From: a virus
Virus record (IMG/VR): IMGVR_UViG_3300029258_005088
DNA length: 64,000 nucleotides
Direction: 5' to 3' (one strand)
The stretch's first letter is position 1, and the number at the start of each line of letters is the position of its first letter. The notes under the pieces were generated by a model. The model was not told the origin of the DNA. It did no database searches and worked only from the letters and a program-made list of their open reading frames with translations. The position numbers and the translations under genes were made by a program. Positions 25,184 through 34,770 of the stretch are shown piece by piece.

Positions 25184-27061
25184 CTATGCGGCTGGTAGTT
25201 GTCCCTGTCGGGCCATCTGCACGCCCTGGGTCTTCGCTTGCTGTTCAATCTGTGTAAGACGAGACTTTACCTGGGCATGGAGGGCCTCGTTCTGATTCTT
25301 TATGCTGACCAGCTGTCTTCTCCTGGTCAGCGGATCGGCGGTGACGAGCTGTTGCGCTATCTGATCCGCCTGTATCATAAGATCGTCGATGGTACCGCCC
25401 ATGGCTCCTCCTCCCACGGCCATGGGACCTCCCATAGGCATGCCGCCCGGAGGAGGTGCTGCGCCTACCGGAGCGCCGCCGGGCGTGGACGCATCTCCCT
25501 GCTGGGCCTGCATCTCCTGGTTCATGAGCATCTGCTCCCCAGGACCCGGAACGTTGGCCGCTTCCATGTTGGCCATGCGCTCGTTCATGCGCTTCTCGCG
25601 CTCCATCTGTTCCTCGAGCTTCTGCTCCTGCTCGTCGTCGTACTTCTTGCGTTCCTGTTCGGCGTTCATGCCGATCGGACGATACGCGGTGTCGTCGGAG
25701 ATCTTTCCGGCGGCGGCGAGTTCGAGCTTGATCTGGCGTACTTCCGGATCCTCGTACATCGAGACTTCCTTCAGCTTGGCATCGACGTCCTGCCAGTTCA
25801 GCAGATCACCCTGCTTGTTGACGAGCCAGGTAGCCCACTTGTTGAGCTGATTGGCGAACGTCTGCCAGGTGCGTTCGAACATCTTGAAGCCGATTACGGG
25901 ACCGGCCTTGGTGTTGAACTTGTCGAGGGAGGCTTTGTAGAATTCGGGCGGGATCCCCATGCTGTGAAGCAGGCGCAGCTCGAAGTGCTCGAGCACTTCC
26001 ACCGGGACGATGTCCTTGGCTTCGCCGCCCAGTACCTGGTACTCCAAGGGATTGGGCAGGAAGTTCCAGTCAGTGGGATTGGCACGATGGCGTCGAATCA
26101 TTCCCATGACCTGGCCAACGAATTGGCCCATGTTCAAGTTCATCATCGGATCGCCGGTACCCGTTGCCTGAGCAGGCGTCAGGACGCGGAACGGCATCAA
26201 GTACTCGACCAGGATGGTCTCCACGTACTTGTCCAGGAGCGTGACGAGAAGAGCGGTTTCGAAATCCGCCATGAACGGAGGAAGTCCCCAACCCTTGAGG
26301 TTCGGGAGACAACACGCCACGACGGGGAAAGCCATGTGGTAGAGCTCGTCCGGTGCGAACTCGAACTGCTTGTTCTGCTGAACCGCCGAGATGATTTCCC
26401 AGGGAGTGTCCTCGAGATAGAGTAGGTCGTTACCCATCACGCCGTCCCGCAAGGCATCGTACTGACTGAGATCGATGCTGTAGATGGTTCTCTGGCTGAG
26501 AGGGTGCTGCTTGATCATCATGAACTGCGGAGGCCAGCGAGTGATCTTCGGCTTCATGACTTCTTTCGGCAGGGGAATGTCCATGTGCTGCATCTGGCCG
26601 TTCCAGGCGCAAAGAGGACAGCTTCCGTTGAACACTCCCTGTTCAAGTCTAAAATGCCCGAGCCAATGCTTCAACGGCGCACGAAATCCGCAGCTACGGC
26701 ACACTAACTGGCGCTGGAACGGGCGATGCATGGAGGTAAAAGAGTTGCCGAAGGACATGTACTCGTCACCGACCGTGGCGAGATCCTCCAGCACGTCGAA
26801 ATTCTTGTTGATGGCGTCGATGTATTTCTTGCGATCGGAGAACTGCAGATCGTCCCCCTCGATATCCAGCTCCGTCATGAAGTATCTGACTGCCGTGGAG
26901 ATGGACTGAGAATACATCCCATGGTGCATCCAGAGCTCTTCCGCCCAGGCGAAGCATTCACGGATCGTACGTGGATAGACCCTCCTCGTAAGCTTTGAGA
27001 AGGGAGACGCCACTTCGCGATCCCAACGGACAAATGCATCTTGTATGCCTGATGCGGACAT
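25184..27061 (-). CDS. Probable portal protein with Zn-ribbon insertion
   Basis: 625 aa at the head of the virion module; helical N-terminus, beta-rich clip-like centre, low-complexity Q/M/P C-terminus; CRSCG...CPLCA insertion. Assigned from position and architecture only. Confidence 0.5.
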   Translation of the reverse strand: MSASGIQDAFVRWDREVASPFSKLTRRVYPRTIRECFAWAEELWMHHGMYSQSISTAVRYFMTELDIEGDDLQFSDRKKYIDAINKNFDVLEDLATVGDEYMSFGNSFTSMHRPFQRQLVCRSCGFRAPLKHWLGHFRLEQGVFNGSCPLCAWNGQMQHMDIPLPKEVMKPKITRWPPQFMMIKQHPLSQRTIYSIDLSQYDALRDGVMGNDLLYLEDTPWEIISAVQQNKQFEFAPDELYHMAFPVVACCLPNLKGWGLPPFMADFETALLVTLLDKYVETILVEYLMPFRVLTPAQATGTGDPMMNLNMGQFVGQVMGMIRRHRANPTDWNFLPNPLEYQVLGGEAKDIVPVEVLEHFELRLLHSMGIPPEFYKASLDKFNTKAGPVIGFKMFERTWQTFANQLNKWATWLVNKQGDLLNWQDVDAKLKEVSMYEDPEVRQIKLELAAAGKISDDTAYRPIGMNAEQERKKYDDEQEQKLEEQMEREKRMNERMANMEAANVPGPGEQMLMNQEMQAQQGDASTPGGAPVGAAPPPGGMPMGGPMAVGGGAMGGTIDDLMIQADQIAQQLVTADPLTRRRQLVSIKNQNEALHAQVKSRLTQIEQQAKTQGVQMARQGQLPAA

Positions 27062-27065
27062 AGGC

Positions 27066-28058
27066 TTAGCTCCTTACCATTACTTGGACACCGGTCTTGT
27101 AGAACGGAAGTTCGAATTCGACGCCAACAAAATATACGTCATACTCCTCTTTGTTACAACTCAGTTTGAAAGTCTCCTGCGAAGACGGGGGAGTGAATAT
27201 GTTGGAATCCTCTTCATAAATCAATATAACGAAATCATCGGTTATGTGCACGTATTTGTACATGCCGCGGGAAGTCCCGAACGATCCAGACAGTTTGACG
27301 CGTGTCGGCGGTACGTCGGAGGGGTCGTATCCGAGATCGTCGTCCGTATCCGCCGGCTCCGGTATGGATGGCCTAGCGGCTTCCTTTTCCTTGAACTGTT
27401 CCCACATCTGCATCATCTGACCGAACTGCTGCATATCCATGGCGCTGGGTCCTTGTGTCTGTGGAGGCGCCGCCTGTTGTACCGGAGACTGTGCGGCTTG
27501 CTGCGGGCTGTTCATCTGTTCCAGGATGTCTCCCAACTCGGCTTCCGCCTGAGCCTGTGCCTCGACGGCCGCTCTGGCCTGTTCCTTGTACTTCATGGCC
27601 TGTTCCTGTACGGCGAGATCCGCCGCTTCCTTCTCCTCTGCTGTACCTTCTCCGAGAAGATCGGGAAACGGGATCGCATCGTCTGCGAAGGCACTGGCCG
27701 GTGCCGAAGGCCTTTCGGTGGGTGGGGGTGGTGGTGCCATGGGCTGGGCTCCTCTTTTTTTCTTTACTGCGTCTCCAAGCCAGGTAGGTGTGAAGGGAAC
27801 TTCCTGAAGGCGTCCGTCGATAAGCTTCGTCTCGGTACCCATCACGATCTTGCCGAACGGGTTTCCGGATCCCTTGATTCCTCCGTTGGGAGAGGGTACC
27901 GGAACTAGCGTTCCTATGACGTCTCCCTGGTGATGGTTGAATCGATATGCCGCCGGGTCCTCGGCATCCATTATGGCGACCGCTTTGTGGGTGTCGTGCT
28001 TCAACATGCCGTTAGGCAGTTCGTTGGGAGCCGTCGTGAAGATCTGTTCACTGCTCAT
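27066..28058 (-). CDS. Hypothetical protein with Pro/Gln/Ala-rich linker
   Basis: 330-aa ORF coupled to its neighbours. Confidence 0.75.
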   Translation of the reverse strand: MSSEQIFTTAPNELPNGMLKHDTHKAVAIMDAEDPAAYRFNHHQGDVIGTLVPVPSPNGGIKGSGNPFGKIVMGTETKLIDGRLQEVPFTPTWLGDAVKKKRGAQPMAPPPPPTERPSAPASAFADDAIPFPDLLGEGTAEEKEAADLAVQEQAMKYKEQARAAVEAQAQAEAELGDILEQMNSPQQAAQSPVQQAAPPQTQGPSAMDMQQFGQMMQMWEQFKEKEAARPSIPEPADTDDDLGYDPSDVPPTRVKLSGSFGTSRGMYKYVHITDDFVILIYEEDSNIFTPPSSQETFKLSCNKEEYDVYFVGVEFELPFYKTGVQVMVRS

Positions 28059-28395
28059 CGGGTTCCTCCAAGCTGGTAGTCTGTGCTGCTACCTTCTGTT
28101 TCAACGCGGCGACCTCTTGCTCCTTTTCCGACAAGCCCTGCTGGAGTTCTTCCTCGGTGTACGCCTTGGGCGGGGGTACGGGCTTGAGGTAAGCGGCCAT
28201 TGCGAGTGCCTTGTCCTTGTAGAGATGCTGCAAGATGGCGGCCAGTACTGGGCGGGTGACTGGCTGCATGCTTTCGAGATTGCCTTCGCCGTCGAACAGA
28301 TAATGATACCTTCCGACGATTACCGACGCTCCGTCCGGACGCTTGTAGCAGATCGGATCTCCGGTCCACATGATTTTTGTTTCGGACATAATCAA
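28048..28395 (-). CDS. Hypothetical protein
   Basis: 115-aa ORF with a C-terminal coiled coil. Confidence 0.65.
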   Translation of the reverse strand: MIMSETKIMWTGDPICYKRPDGASVIVGRYHYLFDGEGNLESMQPVTRPVLAAILQHLYKDKALAMAAYLKPVPPPKAYTEEELQQGLSEKEQEVAALKQKVAAQTTSLEEPDEQ

Positions 28396-28397
28396 AT

Positions 28398-28417
28398 ACT
28401 GAATACGCGTATTCAGT
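28398..28417. promoter_or_regulatory. Perfect 20-bp palindrome ACTGAATACGCGTATTCAGT
   Basis: Lies at the junction between the glycosylation island and the virion module. Confidence 0.65.
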
Positions 28418-29537
28418 TTCCTAAGTTATGACTCCGGAACATCTCGACCGCGGCTTTCACCTTCAGGTAAGCTTCCTCGATGTCCTTCGTCGTGTTGTGT
28501 ACTGACAGGCTGAATCTGAGATTCCTGAAGGGTTCCTCGCCCAGCGCAGTCGTCAAGGGGGTCTGCATCGTGGTCATCGATACCGTGGCACAAGATTCCG
28601 ACACCCGAAGCCCTTGCTTGGCCAATACCATGCAGAGCATCCTGCTGTCTACGTCTCGTATACGATAGTTTGACGTGTTGCAGACCAGAGCCTTGTCTTC
28701 GAAATTAAGGCTTATTCCATCAATATTCAAGAGCATCTCATCCAACCGTGCCCTCATATCCGACAATTGCTCGAAGTCCATGTCTATTCTCTGCGTGCTC
28801 CTGCCGAGAGCGATTCCCATGGCCACGATGCCGACTTCGTTCAGGGAGCCTCCTCGTATGCCGCTCTGAGACCAGGTTCCGGGCATCAACGAATCCAGAC
28901 GACTTGGATCGCGTATCCACAGAGCGCCCGCTCCGGGCAGCGCACCGATCTTGGCTCCCGATATTCCCACGGCATCTACGTGCTCGGGGATGTCGTCCAG
29001 GCGCATGCGTGTACATGCCTGAGAGGCGTCGACGTACACGAACACGTCCTTGTCGATCATCTTTACGAGACGGGCCAACGCTCCCACCGGAGATATGATC
29101 CCGTACTCCCCGTTGACCAAGGTGAGATGCACGGCGGCTATCTCGGAGTCTGCCATCAGCAGTTGTCTAAGATCCTCCGCATGGACGTACGCATGATCGT
29201 CCAGTCCGAGGACCTCGACGTCGGGCTGCATGAGCATACACATCGGATCCAGAACGCTGGCGACTATCTTGCGCCTCTCCGCGTACCTGACACCCGCTGA
29301 TATCAGGAATGCGTTCTCCGTACCTCCGGACGTGAACACGATTTCTCCGTCCGAGCCAAGCACCGTACGAACGACGTCTCTGACGTTCTCCACGGCCTTG
29401 CAACAATCCCCTCCGGCCGCCATGGTCTCCGCTGCCTTGCGGCGGACTATGGGAAGAGGGGGCATTATCGAGTTGTTGTCCATCCAGATCTCTCCGCGAT
29501 GACAACCTCCGGAACAACTGTTTCCCTTACAAGCCAC
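28413..29537 (-). CDS. Cysteine desulfurase-like PLP enzyme (aminotransferase class V), divergent
   Basis: IVFTSGGTENA, VNGEYGII, YVDASQA, ISGAKIG..GAGALW, RGGSLNEVGI, VSESC, LRFSLSVHNT all parallel IscS/NifS motifs. Confidence 0.85.
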   Translation of the reverse strand: MACKGNSCSGGCHRGEIWMDNNSIMPPLPIVRRKAAETMAAGGDCCKAVENVRDVVRTVLGSDGEIVFTSGGTENAFLISAGVRYAERRKIVASVLDPMCMLMQPDVEVLGLDDHAYVHAEDLRQLLMADSEIAAVHLTLVNGEYGIISPVGALARLVKMIDKDVFVYVDASQACTRMRLDDIPEHVDAVGISGAKIGALPGAGALWIRDPSRLDSLMPGTWSQSGIRGGSLNEVGIVAMGIALGRSTQRIDMDFEQLSDMRARLDEMLLNIDGISLNFEDKALVCNTSNYRIRDVDSRMLCMVLAKQGLRVSESCATVSMTTMQTPLTTALGEEPFRNLRFSLSVHNTTKDIEEAYLKVKAAVEMFRSHNLGN

Positions 29538-29546
29538 TGGGAATAC

Positions 29547-31151
29547 CTATTTTGGGAGTTCCACCAGCTCGATCGGCATCTTCTCGAACTTGTTCCACGA
29601 TCCTCGCCAGACACCATCACGACCCAGCTCCAGAGCGCATACCGGATCGTCCAGAGTGGAGCCTATCTTGAGAAGGACCTTCTTGTCCTCGACGAATATT
29701 CCCCAGACCTTTTCCAATCCGGCGTTGCCGTCTCCGATCTGGTTGTTGGCGCGGAACTCGAGTACGCGCTTGTCGTAGCCGACTCGTATGTAGATGAACC
29801 GCTTGTTCTCCAGGGAGTGGTTGTAAGTCGTCGTGCTTCCAGGAGCCACGGGGACGGGCATCGAGGTGGTCGCTCCCTTGGCGGCGCCTACCGGGGTGAG
29901 AACGACGGGCATCTGCTCGAAATCGATCCATTTCCCTTTCAGGACTCCGCCATCCGGACTCTCGTAGTCGGCGTGGAACGTCGGCCTGCTGCCTCCCATA
30001 ACGGACAACCGCACGGGATCCTCCTCTATGCACCAGTGCGTCTCCATGGAGTCGCGGCCTCTGCCGATCTGCCCGTCCGGCAGGAACTCCAGCTCTCGCT
30101 TGTTCGGATCGCCGACGCGCTCGTACATGAACGTACCCTGCTGGACGATCTTCTTGAACATCTCCTTGCCGGCATCGGTCTTCGGAGCCTCGAGCTTGAC
30201 GACCGCATTCCACTTGGACCGTAGGTCCCTGACGTAGGTGAAGCACTCGTCCTCTCGCTCGAACCCACGGATCTTGGCGTTGCCCTCGAACTTGAACTTG
30301 TCCATGTTCCTGTGCTGGAATATCCGGCGGCCGTTGAAGTCGTGCTGACACATCGTGGCCCTGAGCCCGTGTATGGGCTTGGAAGGCATGGAGTAGGGCG
30401 TATTCAGCATGTGCCAAGCCATGTGGAACGTATCCTTGTCTCCGTGTATGTACTTGTAGTAGAACTCACTGTGTTCGTTGAGATGCATAGTCAGATTGAT
30501 CTCTCTCCAGCACTCTTCCTTGTCGATGATGATCTGCCCGGACTCGAACTCCGGCTCGTCTCTGTAGTCCAGACGACAGATCTCCCAGATCTTGCGATCG
30601 GCCTTGAGCCTGCCGTAGTCAGGCCAGAAGATGGACTTGGTTGCTTGGTACTGCGGAGTATCGAACAAGACCTCGGGATTGATCAGAGGTACGTTGTCGG
30701 CATCCAGGAAGATCACTTCCTTGAACCTGGAGTGGATGATGCTGTAGGGGTTGAGCTCCCATCCCCCGAGCTTCCTCACCGGATACTTCTTGTTTACCTC
30801 GTAGGCATCTATGCAGGTAACGCCCAGTGGCTCGACGAGGTTCCGCATGGTATCGTCCATCTCCCGAGGACCGAGGTGCCAGAACTCTATGGGCAGTTCG
30901 CATCCGTTCTTCCGTAGCATATGAACACATACCCAGGCAGGTATGAAATACTTGGGGCCCCCAGCGCATATCACCACGCCCCTGCCTTCGTATCTCTCCG
31001 CGGGATACTCCGGGATGTTTTCGATGTAGGTGTCCTGTAGCTTGTGGTATTGCTCCAGTTCCCCTTGCTGATAGGCTCTCTCCGCCATTTTCCGACCTCT
31101 TAGTATATGGTTGTTACTTGTTTCTGGTATAAATGTTGTCGGTCTCGCCAC
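29547..31151 (-). CDS. Alpha-mannosyltransferase-like glycosyltransferase (GT71/MNN-type) with duplicated C-terminal domain
   Basis: GRGVVICAGG, LRKNGCELPIEFWH, FKEVIFLDADN, FWPDY, EFESGQIIIDK, YIHGDKDTF. Confidence 0.8.
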   Translation of the reverse strand: MARPTTFIPETSNNHILRGRKMAERAYQQGELEQYHKLQDTYIENIPEYPAERYEGRGVVICAGGPKYFIPAWVCVHMLRKNGCELPIEFWHLGPREMDDTMRNLVEPLGVTCIDAYEVNKKYPVRKLGGWELNPYSIIHSRFKEVIFLDADNVPLINPEVLFDTPQYQATKSIFWPDYGRLKADRKIWEICRLDYRDEPEFESGQIIIDKEECWREINLTMHLNEHSEFYYKYIHGDKDTFHMAWHMLNTPYSMPSKPIHGLRATMCQHDFNGRRIFQHRNMDKFKFEGNAKIRGFEREDECFTYVRDLRSKWNAVVKLEAPKTDAGKEMFKKIVQQGTFMYERVGDPNKRELEFLPDGQIGRGRDSMETHWCIEEDPVRLSVMGGSRPTFHADYESPDGGVLKGKWIDFEQMPVVLTPVGAAKGATTSMPVPVAPGSTTTYNHSLENKRFIYIRVGYDKRVLEFRANNQIGDGNAGLEKVWGIFVEDKKVLLKIGSTLDDPVCALELGRDGVWRGSWNKFEKMPIELVELPK

Positions 31152-31752
31152 GGAAATACTCCACGTAACCGTTGTCCGCCATCCACTGCTCTATCGAGCT
31201 CGTGAACGGATTCTCGTATCCGAATTTTCCTCGCATCTCCAGTCCTATGACCTTTGGTCTGGACACCATTCCAAGGAGGACTCCCCACTCGCCGCCTTCC
31301 GTATCTACGGCAAGCACCTCTATGCCTCCGTCATCGAACTCGGACAAGGGAGCGATCTCTACGCGTATGTCGTCCATCTCCTCTTTGCGGCCGGCGGCCT
31401 CCCTTGCATGGTATGGGCTGCGGACTCCCTGCAGAAACGCCGAAGACCCCGCATTGGGGCAGTTTCTCCGGGCAACGGGGACCTGTAGAATGGCTTGGCC
31501 GTACTCCTCTCCTATGGCTACCTCGTTTATCTCTACGTTCTTGGCCTCTCGAAATGCCGCACGGAGCTTCGACACGCACTCGGGATTCGGCTCGAACAGC
31601 TGAACTCTGCACTTGTCGTCGAACAGGAACGGCAGCACCTGAAGATGCCCTGGATTGAACGTTCCGACTTCGGCTACGTGAGAGGGACGACCAAGTATCT
31701 CCATTGCCGCATAGGCCAAGTCCCTGTCTTCCGTGAAATTGATGTCTATCAT
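31114..31752 (-). CDS. FkbM-family SAM methyltransferase
   Basis: AEVGTFNPG, LFEPNP, NEVAIG, LAVDTEGGEW. Start MIDINF at 31752 overlaps the upstream stop (ATGA). Confidence 0.8.
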   Translation of the reverse strand: MIDINFTEDRDLAYAAMEILGRPSHVAEVGTFNPGHLQVLPFLFDDKCRVQLFEPNPECVSKLRAAFREAKNVEINEVAIGEEYGQAILQVPVARRNCPNAGSSAFLQGVRSPYHAREAAGRKEEMDDIRVEIAPLSEFDDGGIEVLAVDTEGGEWGVLLGMVSRPKVIGLEMRGKFGYENPFTSSIEQWMADNGYVEYFRGETDNIYTRNK

Positions 31753-32663
31753 TTGTCCTTCCTCAAGAAGAATGTCTCGTAATCTCTTTTCTTCCAGCCG
31801 GGATCCCAACAGAACTGAGGATCTCCGAAGCTCGCACACGTCCAGTATGAACCGCTGGACGTACCTGCGGAAACACCGCCTACGTGCTGCACCAAGCAGC
31901 CATTGGAAGCATACCTGGTCCACTCCTTGTCGCTCCACTCCGCATAAAGAAGATCGGCCGGCAGACGCTTCTCGTTCTCCTCTAGATACTGCAGGAGACC
32001 CTCCAGAACGCCTCTATCGTAGTACACGCTACACAAACCTTCGAAGCCGCCTCCGGCGCTGCAGAAGTAAGCGCCTCTGTACAAGGAAGCGGCTCCTATG
32101 TATCGCTTCCTGTGATACAACGCCATCGTGTTGTGTTCCTTGGGCAGCGACGTGCACCGCATCTCGTTTATGGAGTCCATGGCGTAATCTAGGAAACAGT
32201 CCAGGAAGACGACGTCGTCCTCGCATATGATGAATCCCTTGGCATCCGTCTCGAGAGCGTACTTCAGCGTTCTTATGTAATTCCTGGTGAGACGGGCATG
32301 AGGCGTTCCCATGCACTTCATCTCCTGGCCCTCCGTGGGAAGTCCCTCCATCAGATCGGGCTCCGCCGCATGGATGGTTACCTTCGACGTATGTCTGAAG
32401 AACCACCACAGGTAATTGATGTCGTCGGAGTCCACCATGAGATCGACTCCGGCCAGTCTGTGCACGAGAGGATCCGACATCCAAAAGCTGGCGAGCATGG
32501 GATGTACGTAGTGCTCTCCTTTGTCCGACTTGTTCTTTCCTTGATAGCCTGCTCTTCCCCGCCTATTGCAGGTGAAGACCATCAAGCGTATGTCCTCCGG
32601 GCCTATCACTCTGCTCTCCGCATCGTCTCTGAGCTTCCCCAGCAGCTCTTCCGGGTATTTCAT
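31749..32663 (-). CDS. Glycosyltransferase (GT-A fold)
   Basis: LMVFTCNR, FIICEDDVVF, LVQHVGGVS. Confidence 0.7.
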   Translation of the reverse strand: MKYPEELLGKLRDDAESRVIGPEDIRLMVFTCNRRGRAGYQGKNKSDKGEHYVHPMLASFWMSDPLVHRLAGVDLMVDSDDINYLWWFFRHTSKVTIHAAEPDLMEGLPTEGQEMKCMGTPHARLTRNYIRTLKYALETDAKGFIICEDDVVFLDCFLDYAMDSINEMRCTSLPKEHNTMALYHRKRYIGAASLYRGAYFCSAGGGFEGLCSVYYDRGVLEGLLQYLEENEKRLPADLLYAEWSDKEWTRYASNGCLVQHVGGVSAGTSSGSYWTCASFGDPQFCWDPGWKKRDYETFFLRKDK

Positions 32664-32672
32664 GTAACTCTC

Positions 32673-33362
32673 CTAAAGCATGTTCTTGTTGCCGCCGCCT
32701 GCCCATAGATGAAACATCATGGGAACGCCGTACTTTCCGAATTTAGCGGACGCTCTCTCATAGGTCAGGCCCTCCCTGACAAGCTCCCGGAAGAAATCGA
32801 TGGCTCCGGTATGACCGCCGAGAGGCCATACGTAGAAATCTCTGTTGACCGCAACGGTGCACTTCTCTTTGTATTCTCTGACGAGACGGGTCATCATGGA
32901 TGGTCCGAACATGGTACGGATCGGCTTCTTGGAGGAAGCCTCTTTCAGATACCTCTCTATGACTTCCCACGCGGGAGAGTCCTGGTGGATACCTATGGCG
33001 CCGTTGGCTATCACCTTCGACTGATCCCATCTTGGATCCTCGGTCTGGCGGGTGAGGAATATCCATTTCGACATGTCGTACTTATCAGTGAGATCGCTCA
33101 TCGGGCGCAACGGCACGAAGTCGCAATCGAAGTAGAAGCCTCCGTACTTCTTGAGAACGGACAGCCGAAGGATATCCGACTTGGAGCACAGCTGTGGAGC
33201 TACCTCGTAGTACCTCTCGTACTCTGGAAGAAGCACTTCCTCTCCGTGAAGCCTTACGTCGTAGTCCGGGTTCAGCTGCTTGAACCACTCCAGACAGTGC
33301 CTGCCATAATCCGGCAAGGGGCTTTCGCCAACCCATATGAAATGTATGATCTTCGGAATCAC
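32673..33362 (-). CDS. GT32-type glycosyltransferase (DxD)
   Basis: MIPKIIHFIWVG, KSDILRLSVLKKYGGFYFDCD, FGP. Confidence 0.88.
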   Translation of the reverse strand: MIPKIIHFIWVGESPLPDYGRHCLEWFKQLNPDYDVRLHGEEVLLPEYERYYEVAPQLCSKSDILRLSVLKKYGGFYFDCDFVPLRPMSDLTDKYDMSKWIFLTRQTEDPRWDQSKVIANGAIGIHQDSPAWEVIERYLKEASSKKPIRTMFGPSMMTRLVREYKEKCTVAVNRDFYVWPLGGHTGAIDFFRELVREGLTYERASAKFGKYGVPMMFHLWAGGGNKNML

Positions 33363-33964
33363 GGCATCCTCTCGAACACTAAACCGTTGAGTCGCGTATT
33401 CTTGGTTGACGACTGCGAAGCATACCTCTTGTACACCCTCTGCTTGGCGTGCGTCAGGTGGAAGCCTTTGGACAGGAACAGCTGCAGGTAGTCCTCCAGA
33501 TCCCTATTGTATACCGGGGGCAGTCCGGATCGTCGCCACTCTCTTCCGAGGATCTCGGCGACCACTATGCAGGAGACGCCGGCATCCACTATGAGATGGT
33601 CGAGTATCTTGACCAGAGATGCATCATCCATGTGCAGGAACACGGTGTAGGCCATGCACAGATCCGTCCTCGGATAGGGCTGGTCCACGACAACCTCCTC
33701 GAATCGATATTCCGGATACCGCTGCCTGGCCAGTGCCAGAGCGTTGGGATTCAGGTCTGCTCCGAGATAGGTGTCCGGATCGAACACTCGGCACAGACGG
33801 CCATAACCACAACCTAGATCGAGAACCTTGATGTTTTCCGTCAGTACGGGAGCTACGAGGTCCCGGACGAACTCCAATACGTCGAAACCCTCCGGATTGG
33901 TGTCCTTTCCTCCGGCCACTATGTTACTGAGCTTGTCGCTCTTCCAGTAAGCTTTATGGTCCAT
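33359..33964 (-). CDS. Class I SAM-dependent methyltransferase
   Basis: VLDLGCGYGRL, GADLNP, AYTVFLHM. Confidence 0.88.
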   Translation of the reverse strand: MDHKAYWKSDKLSNIVAGGKDTNPEGFDVLEFVRDLVAPVLTENIKVLDLGCGYGRLCRVFDPDTYLGADLNPNALALARQRYPEYRFEEVVVDQPYPRTDLCMAYTVFLHMDDASLVKILDHLIVDAGVSCIVVAEILGREWRRSGLPPVYNRDLEDYLQLFLSKGFHLTHAKQRVYKRYASQSSTKNTRLNGLVFERMP

Positions 33965-34770
33965 TACTTGGCCCTCTCTTCAAACGCCTTTAGCGTGAAC
34001 TTCCACAGATCGAACATCGCCTGGCAAGTGTCCTTCGGTCTCGACTTATAGAAGGATCCTTCCGGAAGGACCTTTCTCCAGCTTCCTTTGTAGTGAACTA
34101 CGTGCGTGTCCAAACCCATCGGAACGCACCGGGCCTCGTTCAACAACCTGCAGGGGACTCCTTTTACGCTGTGGCCGTCCACGACGACGGGATCGAATGA
34201 CGCGGCTCCATGCTTGAATCCCACTATGGCTCCGAGAGCGGCCTGATCGGCGGCTCCCCACCCGCGTACTGCGGCATCCAGGGAACTCTTGCTTACCAGG
34301 CACTTCAGCGTCTGCAGATGCCATTTGCGGAAAAACTCCTCGGAACCTCCTCGGAAAAGCACTACGCCGGTGTTCAAGGGCCACTTCAGATTCTCCGACT
34401 TCTCCGTCTTGTAGGTAAACGTCACGTCGAAAGGCTCTTCGAAGAAGTGGCCTAGGTTACGAAGAACGAGAGTGTCGACGTCCAATAGAACGTGCTCCTC
34501 ATCCTTCTCCGCGAGCTCCGCCAGCTCCAGCCACTTGCCCATCTTCAGAGGAACTGTCCTTCTGATGTCGGTGACGCCGGGAGGGATGCAGTGGGCGGAA
34601 GGCACCAGCTCGATGCAGGACAGATTCCTGAAAGGCTTCAGGGACTTCTCGCTGATCTGGGAATGGCTGATCCGTATCCTGGGGGAGCCGTGCGTGTGCA
34701 GTATGCTCTCCACGCACACCTTCAGGTATGGTAGGTACTTCTCTCCGTACGTCGCTATGTTGAATATCAC
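33964..34770 (-). CDS. Glycosyltransferase (GT8/GT77-like)
   Basis: VLLDVDTLV, LNTGVVLF, ADQAAL, VVHYKG. Confidence 0.8.
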   Translation of the reverse strand: MIFNIATYGEKYLPYLKVCVESILHTHGSPRIRISHSQISEKSLKPFRNLSCIELVPSAHCIPPGVTDIRRTVPLKMGKWLELAELAEKDEEHVLLDVDTLVLRNLGHFFEEPFDVTFTYKTEKSENLKWPLNTGVVLFRGGSEEFFRKWHLQTLKCLVSKSSLDAAVRGWGAADQAALGAIVGFKHGAASFDPVVVDGHSVKGVPCRLLNEARCVPMGLDTHVVHYKGSWRKVLPEGSFYKSRPKDTCQAMFDLWKFTLKAFEERAK

